From assembly GCA_964016885.1 (NCBI GenBank), contig OZ024747.1, positions 558,001 through 622,000 of the forward strand: a stretch of 64,000 nucleotides of DNA, read 5' to 3'. This DNA comes from Eledone cirrhosa (lineage: Eukaryota). The translations under genes were made by a program, and so were the position numbers. Below, one piece after another: positions 50,871 to 64,000 of the stretch (the stretch's first letter is position 1; each line of letters starts with the position of its first letter). The notes under the pieces were generated by a model. It saw nothing but the letters and a program-made list of their open reading frames with translations. It searched no databases and was not told the DNA's origin.

Positions 50871-53800
50871 ATCTCAAAAAAAGCTATGTTCCCCACCACC
50901 GATATGAAAACAAATTGAGTTTTGTTTTTGTACTCAGCTTTGTACAAATTGGTGTATAGGTGGCGCTAGATAGACAATAACAAAGGAGGAGGTGAGACGG
51001 CAAGTTTCTGACAGTAATGTGGTGTTTCATGGAGGAGGTGAGACATGAGTTTCTGATAGTAATGTCTACCATGGAGACGGTGAGACAGGAGTTTCTGAAG
51101 TAATGTGGTGTTCCATGGAGGAGGTGGTGAGACAGGAGTTTCTGACAGTAATGTCTACCATGGAGGAGGTGAGACAGGAGTTTCTGACAGTCATGTCTAC
51201 CATGGAGGAGGGGGTGAGACAGGAGTTTCTGACAGTAATATCTACCATGAAGGAGGAGGTGAGACAGGAGTTTCTGAGAGTAATGGCTACCATGGAGGAG
51301 GTGGTGAGACAGGAGCTTCTGACAGTAATGTGGTGTACCATGGAGGAGGTGGTGAGACAGGAGTTTCTGACAATAATATCTACCATGAAGGAGGAGGTGA
51401 GACAGGAGTTTCTGAGAGTAATGGCTACCATGGAGGAGGAGGTGAGACAGGAGTTTCTGACAGTAATGTCTACCATGGAGGAGGGGGTGAGAGAGGAGTT
51501 TCTGACAGTAATGTCTACCATGGAGGAGGAGGTGAGACAGGAGTTTCTGACAGTTATATCTACCATGGAGGAGAAGGTGAGACAGGAGTTTCTGACAGTC
51601 ATGTCTACCATGGAGGAGGAGGTGAGACAGGAGTTTCTGACAGTAATGTCTACCATGGAGGGGGAGGTGAGACAGGAGTTTCGGACAGTTATATCTACCA
51701 TGGAGGAGGAGTTGATACAGGAGTTTCTGACAGTAATGTCTACCATGGAGGGGGAGGTGAGACAGGAGTTTCTGACAGTAATGTCTACCATGGAGGAGGA
51801 GGTGAGACAGGAGTTTCTGACAGTAATATCTACCATGGAGGAGGAGGTGAGACAGGAGTTTCTGACAGTAATGTCTACCATGGAGGAGGAGGTGAGACAG
51901 GAGTTTCTGACAGTAATGTCTACCATGGAGGAGGGGGTGAGACAGGAGTTTCGGACAGTTATATCTACCATGGAGGAGGAGTTGATACAGGAGTTTCTGA
52001 CAGTAATGTCTACCATGGAGGGGGAGGTGAGACAGGAGTTTCTAACAGTAATGTGGTGTACCATGGAGGAGGTGAGACAGGAGTTTCTGACAGTAATGTC
52101 TACCATGGAGGAGGGGGTGAGACAGGAGTTTCTGACAGTTATATCTACCATGGAGGAGAAGGTGAGACAGGAGTTTCTGACAGTCATGTCTACCATGGAG
52201 GAGGAGGTGTGACAGGAGTTTCTGACAGTAATGTCTACCACGAGACAGGAGCTTCTGACAGTAATGTCTACCATGGAGGAGGTGAGACAGGAGTTTCTGA
52301 CAGTAATGTCTACCATGGAGGGGGAGGTGAGACAGGAGTTTCTGACAGTAATGTCTACCATGGAGGAGGAGGTGAGACAGGAGTTTCTGACAGTAATGTC
52401 TACCATGGAGGGGGAGGTGAGACAGGAGTTTCTGACAGTAATGTCTACCATGGAGGAGGGGGTGAGACAGGAGTTTCGGACAGTTATATCTACCATGGAG
52501 GAGGAGTTGATACAGGAGTTTCTGACAGTAATGTCTACCATGGAGGGGGAGGTGAGACAGGAGTTTCTAACAGTAATGTGGTGTACCATGGAGGAGGTGA
52601 GACAGGAGTTTCTGACAGTAATGTCTACCATGGAGGAGGGGGTGAGACAGGAGTTTCTGACAGTTATATCTACCATGGAGGAGGAGTTGATACAGGAGTT
52701 TCTGAGAGTAATGTCTACCATGGAGGGGGAGATGAGACAGGAGTTTCTGACAGTAATGTCTACCATGGAGGAGGGGGTGAGACAGGAGTTTCTGACAGTT
52801 ATATCTACCATGGAGGAGAAGGTGAGACAGGAGTTTCTGACAGTAATGTCTACCATGGAGGAGGTGAGACAGGAGTTTCTGACAGTAATGTCTACCATGG
52901 AGGTGGTGAGACAGGAGTTTCTGACAGTAATGTCTACCATGGAGGAGGGGGTGAGACAGGAGTTTCTGACAGTTGTATCTACCATGGAGGAGAAGGTGAG
53001 ACAGGAGTTTCTGACAGTAATGTCTACCATGGAGGAGGAGGTGAGACAGGAGTTTCTGACAGTTGTATCTACCATGGAGGAGGTGGTGAGACAGGAGTTT
53101 CTGACAGTAATATCTACCATGGAGGAGGTGAGACAGGAGTTTCTGACAGTAATGTCTACCATGGAAGAGGTGAGACAGGAGTTTCTGACAGTAATTTCTA
53201 ACATGGAGGAGAAGGTGAGACAGGAGTTTCTGACAGTAATGTCTACCATGGAGGAGGAGGTGAGACAGGAGTTTCTAACAGTAATATGGTGTACCATGGA
53301 GGAGGTGAGACAGGAGTTTCTTACAGTAATGTCTACCATGGAGGAGGTGAGACAGGAGTTTCTGACAGTCATGTCTACCATGGAGGAGGGGGTGAGACAG
53401 GAGTTTCTGACAATAATGTCTACCATGGAGGAGGGGGTGAGACAGCAATTTCTGACAGTAATATCTACCATGGAGGCGGTGGTGAGACAGGAGTTTCTGA
53501 CAGTAATGTGGTGTACCATGGAGGAGGTGAGACAGGAGTTTCTGACAGTAATGTCTACCATGGAGGAGGTGAGACAGGAGTTTCTGACAGTAATGTCTAC
53601 CATGGAGGTGGTGAGACAGGAGTTTCTGACAGTAATGTCTACCATGGAGGAGGGGGTGAGACAGGAGTTTCTGACAGTTATATCTACCATGGAGGAGAAG
53701 GTGAGACAGGAGTTTCTGACAGTAAGTCTACCATGGAGGTGGTGAGACAGGAGTTTCTGACAGTAATTTCTACCATGGAGGAGGAGTTGATACAGGAGTT

Positions 53801-56800
53801 TCTGACAGTAATGTCTACCATGGAGGGGGAGGTGAGACAGGAGTTTCTGACAGTAATGTCTACCATGGAGGAGGAGTTGATACAGGAGTTTCTGACAGTA
53901 ATGTCTACCATGGGGGGGGGGAGGTGAGACAGGAGTTTCTGACAGTAATGTCTACCATGGAGGAGGTGAGATAGGAGTTTCTGACAGTAATGTCTACCAT
54001 GGAGGAGGGGGTGAGACAAGAGTTTCTGACAGTTATATCTACCATGGAGGAGAAGGTGAGACAGGAGTTTCTGACAGTAATATCTACCATGAAGGAGGAG
54101 GTGAGACAGGAGTTTCTGAGAGTAATGGCTACCATGGAGGAGGAGGTGAGACAGGAGTTTCTGACAGTAATGTCTACCATGGAGGAGGGGGTGAGACAGG
54201 AGTTTCTGACAGTAATGGCTACCATGGAGGAGAAGGTGAGACAGGAGTTTCTGACAGTCATGTCTACCATGGAGGAGGAGGTGAGACAGGCGTTTCTGAC
54301 AGTAATGTCTACCACGAGACAGGAGCTTCTGACAGTAATGTCTACCATGGAGGAGGTGAGACAGGAGTTTCTGACAGTAATGTCTACCATGGAGGGGGAG
54401 GTGAGACAGGAGTTTCTGACAGTAATGTCTACCATGGAGGAGGGGGTGAGACAGGAGTTTCTGACAGTTATATCTACCATGGAGGAGAAGGTGAGACAGG
54501 AGTTTCTGACAGTAATGTCTACCATGGAGGAGGTGAGACAGGAGTTTCTGACAGTAATGTCTACCATGGAGGTGGTGAGACAGGAGTTTCTGACAGTAAT
54601 GTCTACCATGGAGGAGGGGGTGAGACAGGAGTTTCTGACAGTTGTATCTACCATGGAGGAGTAGGTGAGACAGGAGTTTCTGACAGTAATGTCTACCATG
54701 GAGGAGGAGGTGATACAAGAGTTTCTGACAGTAATGTCTACCATGGAGGAGGTGAGACAGGAGTTTCTGACTGTAATATCTACCATGGAGGAGGGGTAAG
54801 ACAGGAGTTTCTGACAGTAATATCTACCATGGAGGAGGAGGTGAGATAGGAGTTTCTGACAGTCATGTCTACCATGGAGGAGAAGGTGAGACAGGAGTTT
54901 CTGACAGTAATATCTACCATGGAGGAGGGGTAAGACAGGAGTTTCTGACAGTAATATCTACCATGGAGGAGGAGGTGAGATAGGAGTTTCTGACAGTCAT
55001 GTCTACCATGGAGGAGAAGGTGAGACAGGAGTTTCTGACAGTAATATCTACCATGGAGGAGGGGTAAGACAGGAGTTTCTGACAGTAATATCTTCCATGG
55101 AGGAGGAGGTGAGACAGGAGTTTCTGACAGTAATGTCTTCCATGGAGGAGAAGGTGAGACAGGAGTTTCTGACAGTAATGTCTTCCATGGAGGAGAAGGT
55201 GAGACAGGAGTTTCTGACAGTAATGTCTACCATGGAGGAGGGGTGAGATAGGAGTTTCTGACAGTAATATCTACCATGGAGGAGGAGGTGAGACAGGAGT
55301 TTCTGACAGTAATGTCTACCATGGAGGAGGAGGTGAGACAGGAGTTTCTGACAGTAATATCTACCATGGAGGAGGAGGTGAGACAGGAGTTTCTGACAGT
55401 AATGTCTACCATGGAGGAGGGGTGAGACAGGAGTTTCTGACAGTAATGTCTACCATGGAGGAGGTGAGACAGGAGTTTCTGACAGTAATGTCTACCATGG
55501 AGGAGGAGGTGAGACAGGAGTTTCTGACAGTAATGTCTTCCATGGAGGAGAAGGTGAGACAGGAGTTTCTGACAGTAATGTCTACCATGGAGGAGGGGTG
55601 AGATAGGAGTTTCTGACAGTAATATCTACCATGGAGGAGGAGGTGAGACAGGAGTTTCTGACAGTAATGTCTACCATGGAGGAGGGGTGAGACAGGAGTT
55701 TCTGACAGTAATGTCTACCATGGAGGAGGTGAGACGGGAGTTTCTGACAGTAATGTCTACCATGGAGGAGGAGGTGAGACAGGAGTTTCTGACAGTAATG
55801 TCTACCATGGAGGAGGAGGTGAGACAGGAGTTTCTGACAGTAATGTCTACCATGGAGGAGGAGGTGATACAAGAGTTTCTGACAGTAATGTCTACCATGG
55901 AGGAGGGGTGAGATAGGAGTTTCTGACAGTAATATCTACCATGGAGGAGGAGGTGAGACAGGAGTTTCTGACAGTAATGTCTTCCATGGAGGAGAAGGTG
56001 AGACAGGAGTTTCTGACAGTAATGTCTACCATGGAGGAGGGGTGAGATAGGAGTTTCTGACAGTAATATCTACCATGGAGGAGGAGGTGAGACAGGAGTT
56101 TCTGACAGTAATGTCTACCATGGAGGAGGAGGTGAGACAGGAGTTTCTGACAGTAATGTCTACCATGGAGGAGGAGGTGATACAAGAGTTTCTGACAGTA
56201 ATGTCTACCATGGAGGAGGGGTGAGATAGGAGTTTCTGACAGTAATATCTACCATGGAGGAGAAGGTGAGACAGGAGTTTCTGACAGTAATATCTACCAT
56301 GGAGGAGGGGTAAGACAGGAGTTTCTGACAGTAATATCTACCATGGAGGAGAAGGTGAGACAGGAGTTTCTGACAGTAATATCTACCATGGAGGAGGAGG
56401 TGAGACAGGAGCTTCTGACAGTAATGTCTCCCACGGAGGAGAGGCTGAGATAGGAGTTTCTGACAGTAATGTCTACCATGGAGGAGGTGGTGAGACAGGA
56501 GTTTCTGACAGTAATGTCTACCATGGAGGAGGTGAGACAGGAGTTTCTGACAGTAATTTCTAACATGGAGGAGAAGGTGAGACAGGAGTTTCTGACAGTA
56601 ATGTCTACCATGGAGGAGGAGGTGAGACAGGAGTTTCTGACAGTCATGTCTACCATGGAGGAGAAGGTGAGACAGGAGTTTTTGACAGTAATGTGGTGTA
56701 TCAAGCAGGAGGGGTGATACTGGAGTTTCTGACAGTAATGTGGTGTACCATGGAGGAGGGGGTGAGACAGGAGTTTCTGACAGTAATGTGGTGTTCCATG

Positions 56801-57820
56801 GAGGAGGTGATACAGGAGTTTCTGACAGTAATGTCTACCATGGAGGAGGAGGTGAGACAGGAGTTTCTGACAGTCATGTCTACCATGGAGGTGAAATAGG
56901 AGTTTCTGACTGTCATGTCTACCATGGAGGAGGAGGTGAGACGGGAGTTTCTGAGAGTAATGTCTACCATGGAGGAGGTGAGACAGGAGTTTTTGACAGT
57001 AATGTGGTGTATCATGCAGGAGGGGTGATACTGGAGTTTCTGACAGTAATGTGGTGTACCATGGAGGAGGTGAGACAGGAGTTTCTGACAGTAATGTGGT
57101 GTACCATGGAGGAGGTGAGACAGGAGTTTCTGACAGTAATGTCTACCATGGAGGAGGAGGTGAGACAGGAGTTTCTGACAGTCATGTCTACCATGGAGGT
57201 GAAATAGGAGTTTCTGACTGTCATGTCTACCATGGAGGAGGAGGTTAGACAGGAGTTTCTGACAGTAATGTGGTGCTCCATGGAGGAGGTGGTGTGACAG
57301 GAGTTTCTGACAGTAATGTCTACCATGGAGGAGGTGAGACAGGAGTTTCTGACAGTAATGTGGTGTATCATGGAGGAGGTGGTGAGACAGGAGTTTCTGA
57401 CAGTAATGTGGTGTACCATGGAGGAGGGAGTGAGACAGGTGTTTCTGACTGTCATGTCTACCATGGAGGAGGAGGTGAGACAGGAGTTTCTGACAGTAAT
57501 GTCTACCATGGAGGAGGTGAGACAGGAGTTTCTGACAGTAATGTGGTGTATCATGGAGGAGGTGGTGAGACAGGAGTTTCTGACAGTAATGTGGTGTTCC
57601 ATGGAGGTGGTGAGACAGGAGTTTGTCACAGTAATATGGTGTTCCATGGAGGTGGTGAGACAGGAGTTTCTGACAGTAATGTCTACCAAAGTTGTCGTAA
57701 TGTAAAAGTAATAAGATAAAATCTGAATTTTATTCTCATTAACATCATTTTCAAATTACCTCCCTTAAATATTTCAAATTGCTCCCCAATGGGGTGTGTA
57801 CCCCACGTTAGGAATAACTG
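50827..57820. mobile_element. Non-autonomous hAT (Charlie-like) element containing an expanded satellite
   Basis: TIR-like ends CAGTGGTCCCCA(A/C)CC ... GTTAGGAATAACTG; 8-bp flanks acctagat / acctagtt (7/8 match). Confidence 0.7.
50984..57688. repeat. ~6.7-kb satellite, 42-45-bp unit (atgtctaccatggaggaggaggtgagacaggagtttctgacagta)
   Basis: Roughly 150 tandem units; source of all long ORFs from 51066 to 57719. Confidence 0.98.
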
Positions 57821-57928
57821 ACCTAGTTGTTAATGGGTACTGCAGCTGTTAACAGGTGACTAGTGAAAGTAGAACTAGTATAATAAAATAACTATTGTTT
57901 TGTTAGCCTACAATTGTGTGGACATGCC

Positions 57929-58201
57929 CAGGGCCAGATTAACTGGGAGCAAAGGGGGAAATTGCCTTGGGCACCCTGCAGTGCAGGGCGGGGGGTTCCC
58001 ACTGCTGGGCCTTTTAGTTTTAGGGTAGTTAGATTTTTTGAATTTAATACCTGTATGTATAACTTTTCAATTCCAATTACTTGTGCCAAGCTAACTTTGA
58101 TATGTAATATGGGGGGGTTGCTGTGTATTTTAATATTTTGTGCATGCAGGGACCACAAACCTGAAGTGCTCCAGGTCCCCCAAGGTCTAAATCGAGCCCT
58201 G
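57929..58201. mobile_element. hAT MITE (273 bp) with a perfect 8-bp TSD
   Basis: gacatgcc|CAGGGCCAGATT ... AATCGAGCCCTG|gacatgcc. Confidence 0.88.
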
Positions 58202-58219
58202 GACATGCCCAATGGTTGA

Positions 58220-58912
58220 ATCATCCTGGACTCATTAAGGCTGGCTGCTCTGGACATCTCCTGGAGACAACAACCCATCAAAACATTGCATTCAAGCCGC
58301 AAACAAGGCAAGGAGCTTTCTTTTTCTTATTCGACGCTCCTTTGCCAAACTCACTCCAGAAATTTTCAGGCCTCTCTCTGTCGCCCTCGTAGGATTGCAC
58401 CTAGAATATGGCATCCAAGCATCAAACCCATATCTCATCCAGGATATCCATCATGTGGAGAGAGTTCAATGACTCGAATGGTACAGGGTCTTCATGAGCT
58501 GGCCTACGAAAGCCGGCTGCAGAAGCTGAACCTCTTCTCCTTGGAGCGTCGACAGCTAAGAGGCGATCTCATTTTGGCTTACAATCTCTTCAATGGCCAT
58601 TACGATCTCCCTCAAGATCTATTCACTCTGGCACTTGAAAGGGGTCTACGTGGACATGACAAAAAGCTGTTTCACCACCGCTTTCGCTTAAATAGGCGGA
58701 AAGCTGCTTTCTCGATCCGCATCTCTGGACTCTGGAATCGGCTTCCAGAAGAAGTAGTCAACGCGCCAACCACGCAACAATTCAAGGCGAAATTGGATCG
58801 GTGTTGGACCACTGTGTTTCTGACTGTGTAAATTTTGCCCCTCTTCCCTCCTTACATGGCATCTGAAGCGCCTATGTTTTATTTTCTGCTAAATATATTG
58901 AATTGAATTGAA
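58220..58912 (+). mobile_element. CR1-clade LINE 3' fragment
   Basis: YESRLQKLNLFSLERRQLRGDLI...GLRGH...FSIRISGLWNRLP; (ATTGA)n tail. Confidence 0.88.
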
Positions 58913-59545
58913 AAGAACTTCTCCATAGTAATTTACCATCAATATCACACATCATCAGAGAAAGATGAACAAGATTTGATGGACATCTCCTGGAGAGCAA
59001 AGGATGAGATCATCAACACCGTTCAACTTTGGGAACTGAAGTAAGGGTGCGCAAATGTTGGTAGAACAACTGTAAGAGGATTGTGAGTATATCTGAGAAG
59101 ACCTACCATGAGTAATGGCAGACCGAACAGATTGGAGAGAATGAGTGATCTGTGTAATAAAAATGTTCAGATGATAATGAATAATTGAATATTTGACCTG
59201 ACCTAAGAACAAATTGATCAAATGGTGTTGATTGTAACATTCCTTAAGATGGGTTGACATTCTATTGCTGAGCTGATGTTCAATATTCATATCATATATA
59301 AAGCCAATCTCTCCAGAATGACTTTATATACACCAAATATTGAGAGGAAGATGAAATAACTCATGTCTGGTCACACTTAAGTATTTTTCCTGAGTTAAAT
59401 ATTCAACTGATTTATTTATAAATGAAGATATTCAGACATAGAAAATAACGACCACCTGTCACCTGGTCACGTTCACTTAAAAATAATTTTTAAATAATTA
59501 AAATATACACAGACATGTATATAATGGGAAATGAAATTGGAAGGC

Positions 59546-59609
<64 letters not shown>

Positions 59610-59648
59610 GGGTGTCTGTGATCTATATACACTGGTCACAGACAGACC

Positions 59649-59698
<50 letters not shown>

Positions 59699-59731
59699 TA
59701 TACACATATATATATATATACACATATATAT

Positions 59732-59784
<53 letters not shown>

Positions 59785-59800
<16 letters not shown>

Positions 59801-60075
59801 GAAATATTGTGTACAGTGCTCAGGTGCACTACAACTCATCAAAAAGTGTATGTATAGTACATAGGGTAATGTACAAACGTCAGGAAAATGAACAGTGCAT
59901 GAGTCATGATATACACATGTGTGCATGTGTATGGAAGGGGTACATCAGGTGTAGTTTTGGCGTATTTCGGAAAGCATGAGTGTCTTAAAGGATGCAGTGT
60001 CTCGGCAGCTAACAACTGACGCAGGCAGTTTGTTCCATGCTTCAGCAACTCTGAGCGTGAAAAAATGTTTACGAA
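59785..60075 (-). mobile_element. CR1 LINE 3' end (same family as 14772-15905)
   Basis: Near-identical 3' UTR; FFTLRVAEAWNKLP. Confidence 0.85.
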
Positions 60076-60307
60076 ATATATATAAACACACACACACATA
60101 TACACACAAACTTAGAAACCCATCCTGTTTAGCAGGAAATATTCACTACGCACATTCTGTCCTAACACAAGTTATATGATACATGTGACTTAATATTCAG
60201 TCACCAAATTCTAGTTAGATACAATAATGCTGTATTCGATTCTTTGAAGTCACCACCACCAGCTGTTAATAACAAGTGACTTCTCGCTCTTCCATTTTCC
60301 TTCTCTG

Positions 60308-60361
<54 letters not shown>

Positions 60362-61394
60362 AATCTACTCTCTCACAACCACTATCTCTTTTTCTCTCTT
60401 TATTTATGAAGGTACCTGGAAAAACTCTGTATCTTGGAACCCATGCGAAACTTGTTTTATTCCATTTGTATTCCCATTTCAGGGGCAACGTTGTTTCAAA
60501 GTATTTTCCCATTATGCACTGTTTTGGCTGTATTCAATTACAGACAAGTACACAATCACAGAGGTTTAGTAGTATATAGATAATTGGTTCTACTTTAGGC
60601 ACAAGGCCAGCAATTTGAAGTGGAGAGGAAAGTCGATTAAATCAACCCAAGTGTTACTGGTGCTTTATTTTATCGACCCATAAGGATGAAAGGCAACGCT
60701 AACCTCGGCAGGTTTTGAACTCAGAACATAAAGGGTCATAACTCTATGCTACAAAACATGTTGTCCAATGCTCTACCAATTACTGCTAAATAATAATAAT
60801 GGTTTCTTTATTAGTCATCTGTGAAATCCAAAAGATAGTTCTAAATAGTACCACCCAGATACTTACTAAATTTTTGTCTTTGTAAAGTATGTTAACACAA
60901 TCTTTTTTGTTTAATTTTTAGAGCAAATTTAATAAATATTAAATACCATTCAAATATCTTTAATGCAAAATTTATTCATATCTTTTATACTCTTTAATAT
61001 TTCATTTTATCTACTCCTATTCCTACCTTTATATATTTTCTCTTTTTCCTCTCATTAAAAAACAACAACCTATTTACCTATCAACTTTTGTGATGTGATA
61101 TGTTAAGTGAATGTGAGGAGGGAAAAAAAACTGTCAAAACAAACAACACCTGCCCTAAGTATCTGGTTGATACTTGGTAGCCATTGCATATAAAGGAAAA
61201 TATAATAATAATAATAATTGTTTCTACTTTTGGCAGAAGGCCAGCAATTATCCCAATGCATTACTGGTACTTTATTTTATTGACCCTGTAAGGATGAAAG
61301 GCAAAGTTAACCTGGCAGGATTTGAACTCAGAATGCAAAGGGCCATAACTCCTATGCTGCAATAATAATAATGATAATAATAAGCAACATCAAT

Positions 61395-62005
61395 ATCATC
61401 ATCATATTGTACATCCATGTTAGCTTTAGTTGAATGAGACTTATTGAAGCAGAAGTCTACAGTTGAATGTTCTTATACCAATTCTCACCACTTCTTCCTG
61501 CACTGATAATCATCCATATATATCATGTGTCCATACTAACACAATCTTTTCTCCTACACACAGCATCCTTGATCTTCCTCTTCTCAGGTTCCCTTCCTCT
61601 GGCATTACTCACCACTTCTTCTTCCAATGATAATCATTCATACATATCATGTGTCCATACTAACACAATCTTCTCTTCTACACACAACATCCTCTTATGT
61701 CCAGTTATTTTCTCTCAGCTCCTCCATACTTTGTCTTTCATATACACTAGCATTACATATTCATTTCTGTCTAGTCCTCGCATATTCTTTGAATTCACTA
61801 CCCATGTCTCATCACATGCAGGCATCATACAATCTACTTTAATCTCAGGGGAAAAATCCTTTTGTTGCCAACAATGATAGTGGCTCCCTGAACTTTATTC
61901 ATCCTATTTTTATTCTAGCTAACATGCTTTCAGAATAACTTCTTCAACTGCTAATTAGGTTCCCTAGGTAACAAAAGCTATCAACTACTTCTATGGAACC
62001 TTCTC
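61395..62005 (-). mobile_element. Old RTE LINE 3' fragment
   Basis: Degenerate [22 protein letters not shown] motifs; (GAT)n tail. Confidence 0.7.
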
Positions 62006-63179
62006 TGGATTAGAAAAAGTTTATTCCCTGCTTCTCTTATTACCAACTATCACATACAAAGACTATTTTCTCTTTGCCTGGCAGCTATCCCACTATACTC
62101 ATATATTTCATCATATAATCTCCCTAGCTATTCCATTTCTACATATCAATCAGTCGCTTGTTTTGTGTCTAAATATCTAAGATAGAGCTTTAGCTGCTAT
62201 TCATCAACTAGGCCTGCTTAACTGTTAATGTCCTGTACTGTATGAAATTGCATTAACATAGACACTCTTGAACTATAAAACTGCATCACAATAAAAGTTA
62301 AGGTCCATACAAATTTTCACAATAATTTGTCCACTAGTGAAGAGGCTACAAACATTTTAATTAACAAATCTGGCTGATTGGCAAGAATTTGGTCATCCAC
62401 ACATTTCAATCTCTGGCCAACAGATGAACTATGCCTCTTCTACTATGCCTCTTCTACTGTTATTATCTATAATGGTTTCTGATTTAGGTTTAAAGCCAAC
62501 AATTTTGAGGGAGGGGCAAGTCAATTAAATCAACACAAGTGCAGTATTGGTACTTCATTTAATCGACCCATAAGGATGAAAGGCAAAGTTAACCTCGGTG
62601 GGATTTGAACTCAGAACATAAAGGATGAAACAATATGTCTACAGTTTACATTGATGATATATACATGAGGAATCTTCAGTCTAGTTGAGTATGTGACAAC
62701 CTCTCTAATGTTAGTGCTGCAATAAAATGCACCCAGTACACCCTACAATTGGTCAAAAGTGGTACAGCTATACCACTGACATAATCAAAACCAAACAAAA
62801 AGCAGTGGAGGTCAACAGGATTGAGAAGACAATGGATTGGATTGGATATATATATATATGTGTGTATAAATAAATATATATATGTATGTATATCAGATGA
62901 CACTGATAAACAGACGAAACTCCAGAGTAACAAGACTCATTAATTAGCCTTAATAAAATGAATATACATATATATAAATGTGCATATATATATAAATGTG
63001 CATATATAATATATATATATATATATGTGAGCGTGTGTGTATGCATATACACTCATATGTATAAACTATAAATAGATTATCTGACATATACCACAATACT
63101 ATCATTTATGTGTGGGGAACTCTTTTTATAGTTAATTTTCTTAATGAGTGGTAATAATTTTTATTTTAATGTTATGAAT

Positions 63180-63342
63180 GAACAACGGTGGCGCACTAAT
63201 AATCAGGGACAGATAACTCTGACGAGTCATGAACAGATAAATCAGTCAACATCCGGTATTAGAAACAGGTCGCCATTTTGTCGTCTTTTAACACTGAAAG
63301 ATGGAAGTAGCAGTATAGTCGTTTGTTTCTTTTATCTTCTCA
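63180..63342 (+). promoter_or_regulatory. Putative promoter/5' UTR of the proline-rich gene
   Basis: Local CpG enrichment, YY1-type CGCCATTTT at ~63271 and TGACGAGTCA at ~63220. Confidence 0.45.
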
Positions 63343-63732
63343 ATGTTTGGTAATTGGCAACAACTCGGGCTGGGGGCCGTCCCCCCACCCTTTTTCGCGC
63401 AACCTAACATGATGTACCCACTTTATCCTGGTGCACAGGAAGCCACGGCGACCAGCGGTCAATCTCATCAATGGAATACAGGAGGCCAACTTCCCCCCAT
63501 GGTCTTCCCGTCTTTGAATCCACTGTCAGTCGTAGCTTCAACTGCTTCTGCTTTAGAACAGCAAACCAACAGCGCTGCTATCGGAAGCGTTAGTAACATT
63601 TTAGCATCTGGTGGATGTCCTCCAGTTCCTCCGCTACCTTCTAATCCAGCCCCACCTAAACCCCCAGCTCCTCCAACTGAAGAAAAGCCCCCACTACCAC
63701 CAGATCCACCACCTCCAGATGAAGATTCCAAG
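63343..63732 (+). CDS. First coding exon of a proline-rich protein (possibly YLP motif-containing protein 1-like); gene continues past the window
   Basis: GC-richer open frame MFGNWQQ...EEKPPLPPDPPPPDEDSK ending AAG|gttggt, with promoter-like CpG region upstream. The YLPM1 guess rests only on the N-terminal MxxNW and poly-Pro composition. Confidence 0.7.
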
Positions 63733-63899
63733 GTTGGTTAACTTATATTATTTATATTTATTAAACGCTTTTTCCTGTCTCTGTGTTTTCATTTTTTCAA
63801 AAATTCCATTTCAGTTGTGGGATTTAATTTTTACATCGTATGTGAAAATTTGTAAAAAAAAAAAACAAAAACAAAAAAAAAAATGAAATAATCAGAATG

Positions 63900-63939
<40 letters not shown>

Positions 63940-63956
63940 ATATATATATATATATA

Positions 63957-63996
<40 letters not shown>

Positions 63997-64000
63997 TATA

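Noticed and set aside
51066-57719. Long ORFs (874, 698, 504 aa and others) as real genes
   Set aside because: They are overlapping frames of one tandem repeat on both strands, lying inside a transposon, with frequent frameshifting units.
59490-59857. YI/CV-rich ORFs here and at 6661-6936 and 19224-19586
   Set aside because: (TA)n/(CA)n dinucleotide repeats.

Overview
This is AT-rich, intron- and repeat-dense eukaryotic (animal) genomic DNA; the SINE, RTE LINE and (TA)n landscape suggests a coleoid cephalopod such as Octopus (inference). Reading splice sites and frames by hand gives three protein genes. (1) A complete 6-exon, 207-aa secreted ferritin-like gene on + (566-6666) with a degenerate ferroxidase centre resembling L-chain ferritin. 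(2) A complete 25-exon PTCD3/mS39 mitochondrial PPR gene on - (48646 to 7773, 657 aa), with one GC-AG intron. (3) The first coding exon of a proline-rich, possibly YLPM1-like gene on + (63343-63732). The rest is transposons and tandem repeats: a near full-length RTE LINE with a PHD-like finger inserted in a 40-bp satellite, CR1 and CRE LINE fragments, many tRNA-type SINEs, a Helitron nested in a MITE, a ~1-kb foldback palindrome, hAT elements with 8-bp TSDs (one holding a 6.7-kb 45-bp satellite) and microsatellites. Most long ORFs in the supplied track are repeat artefacts. No CRISPR or prokaryotic system is present.
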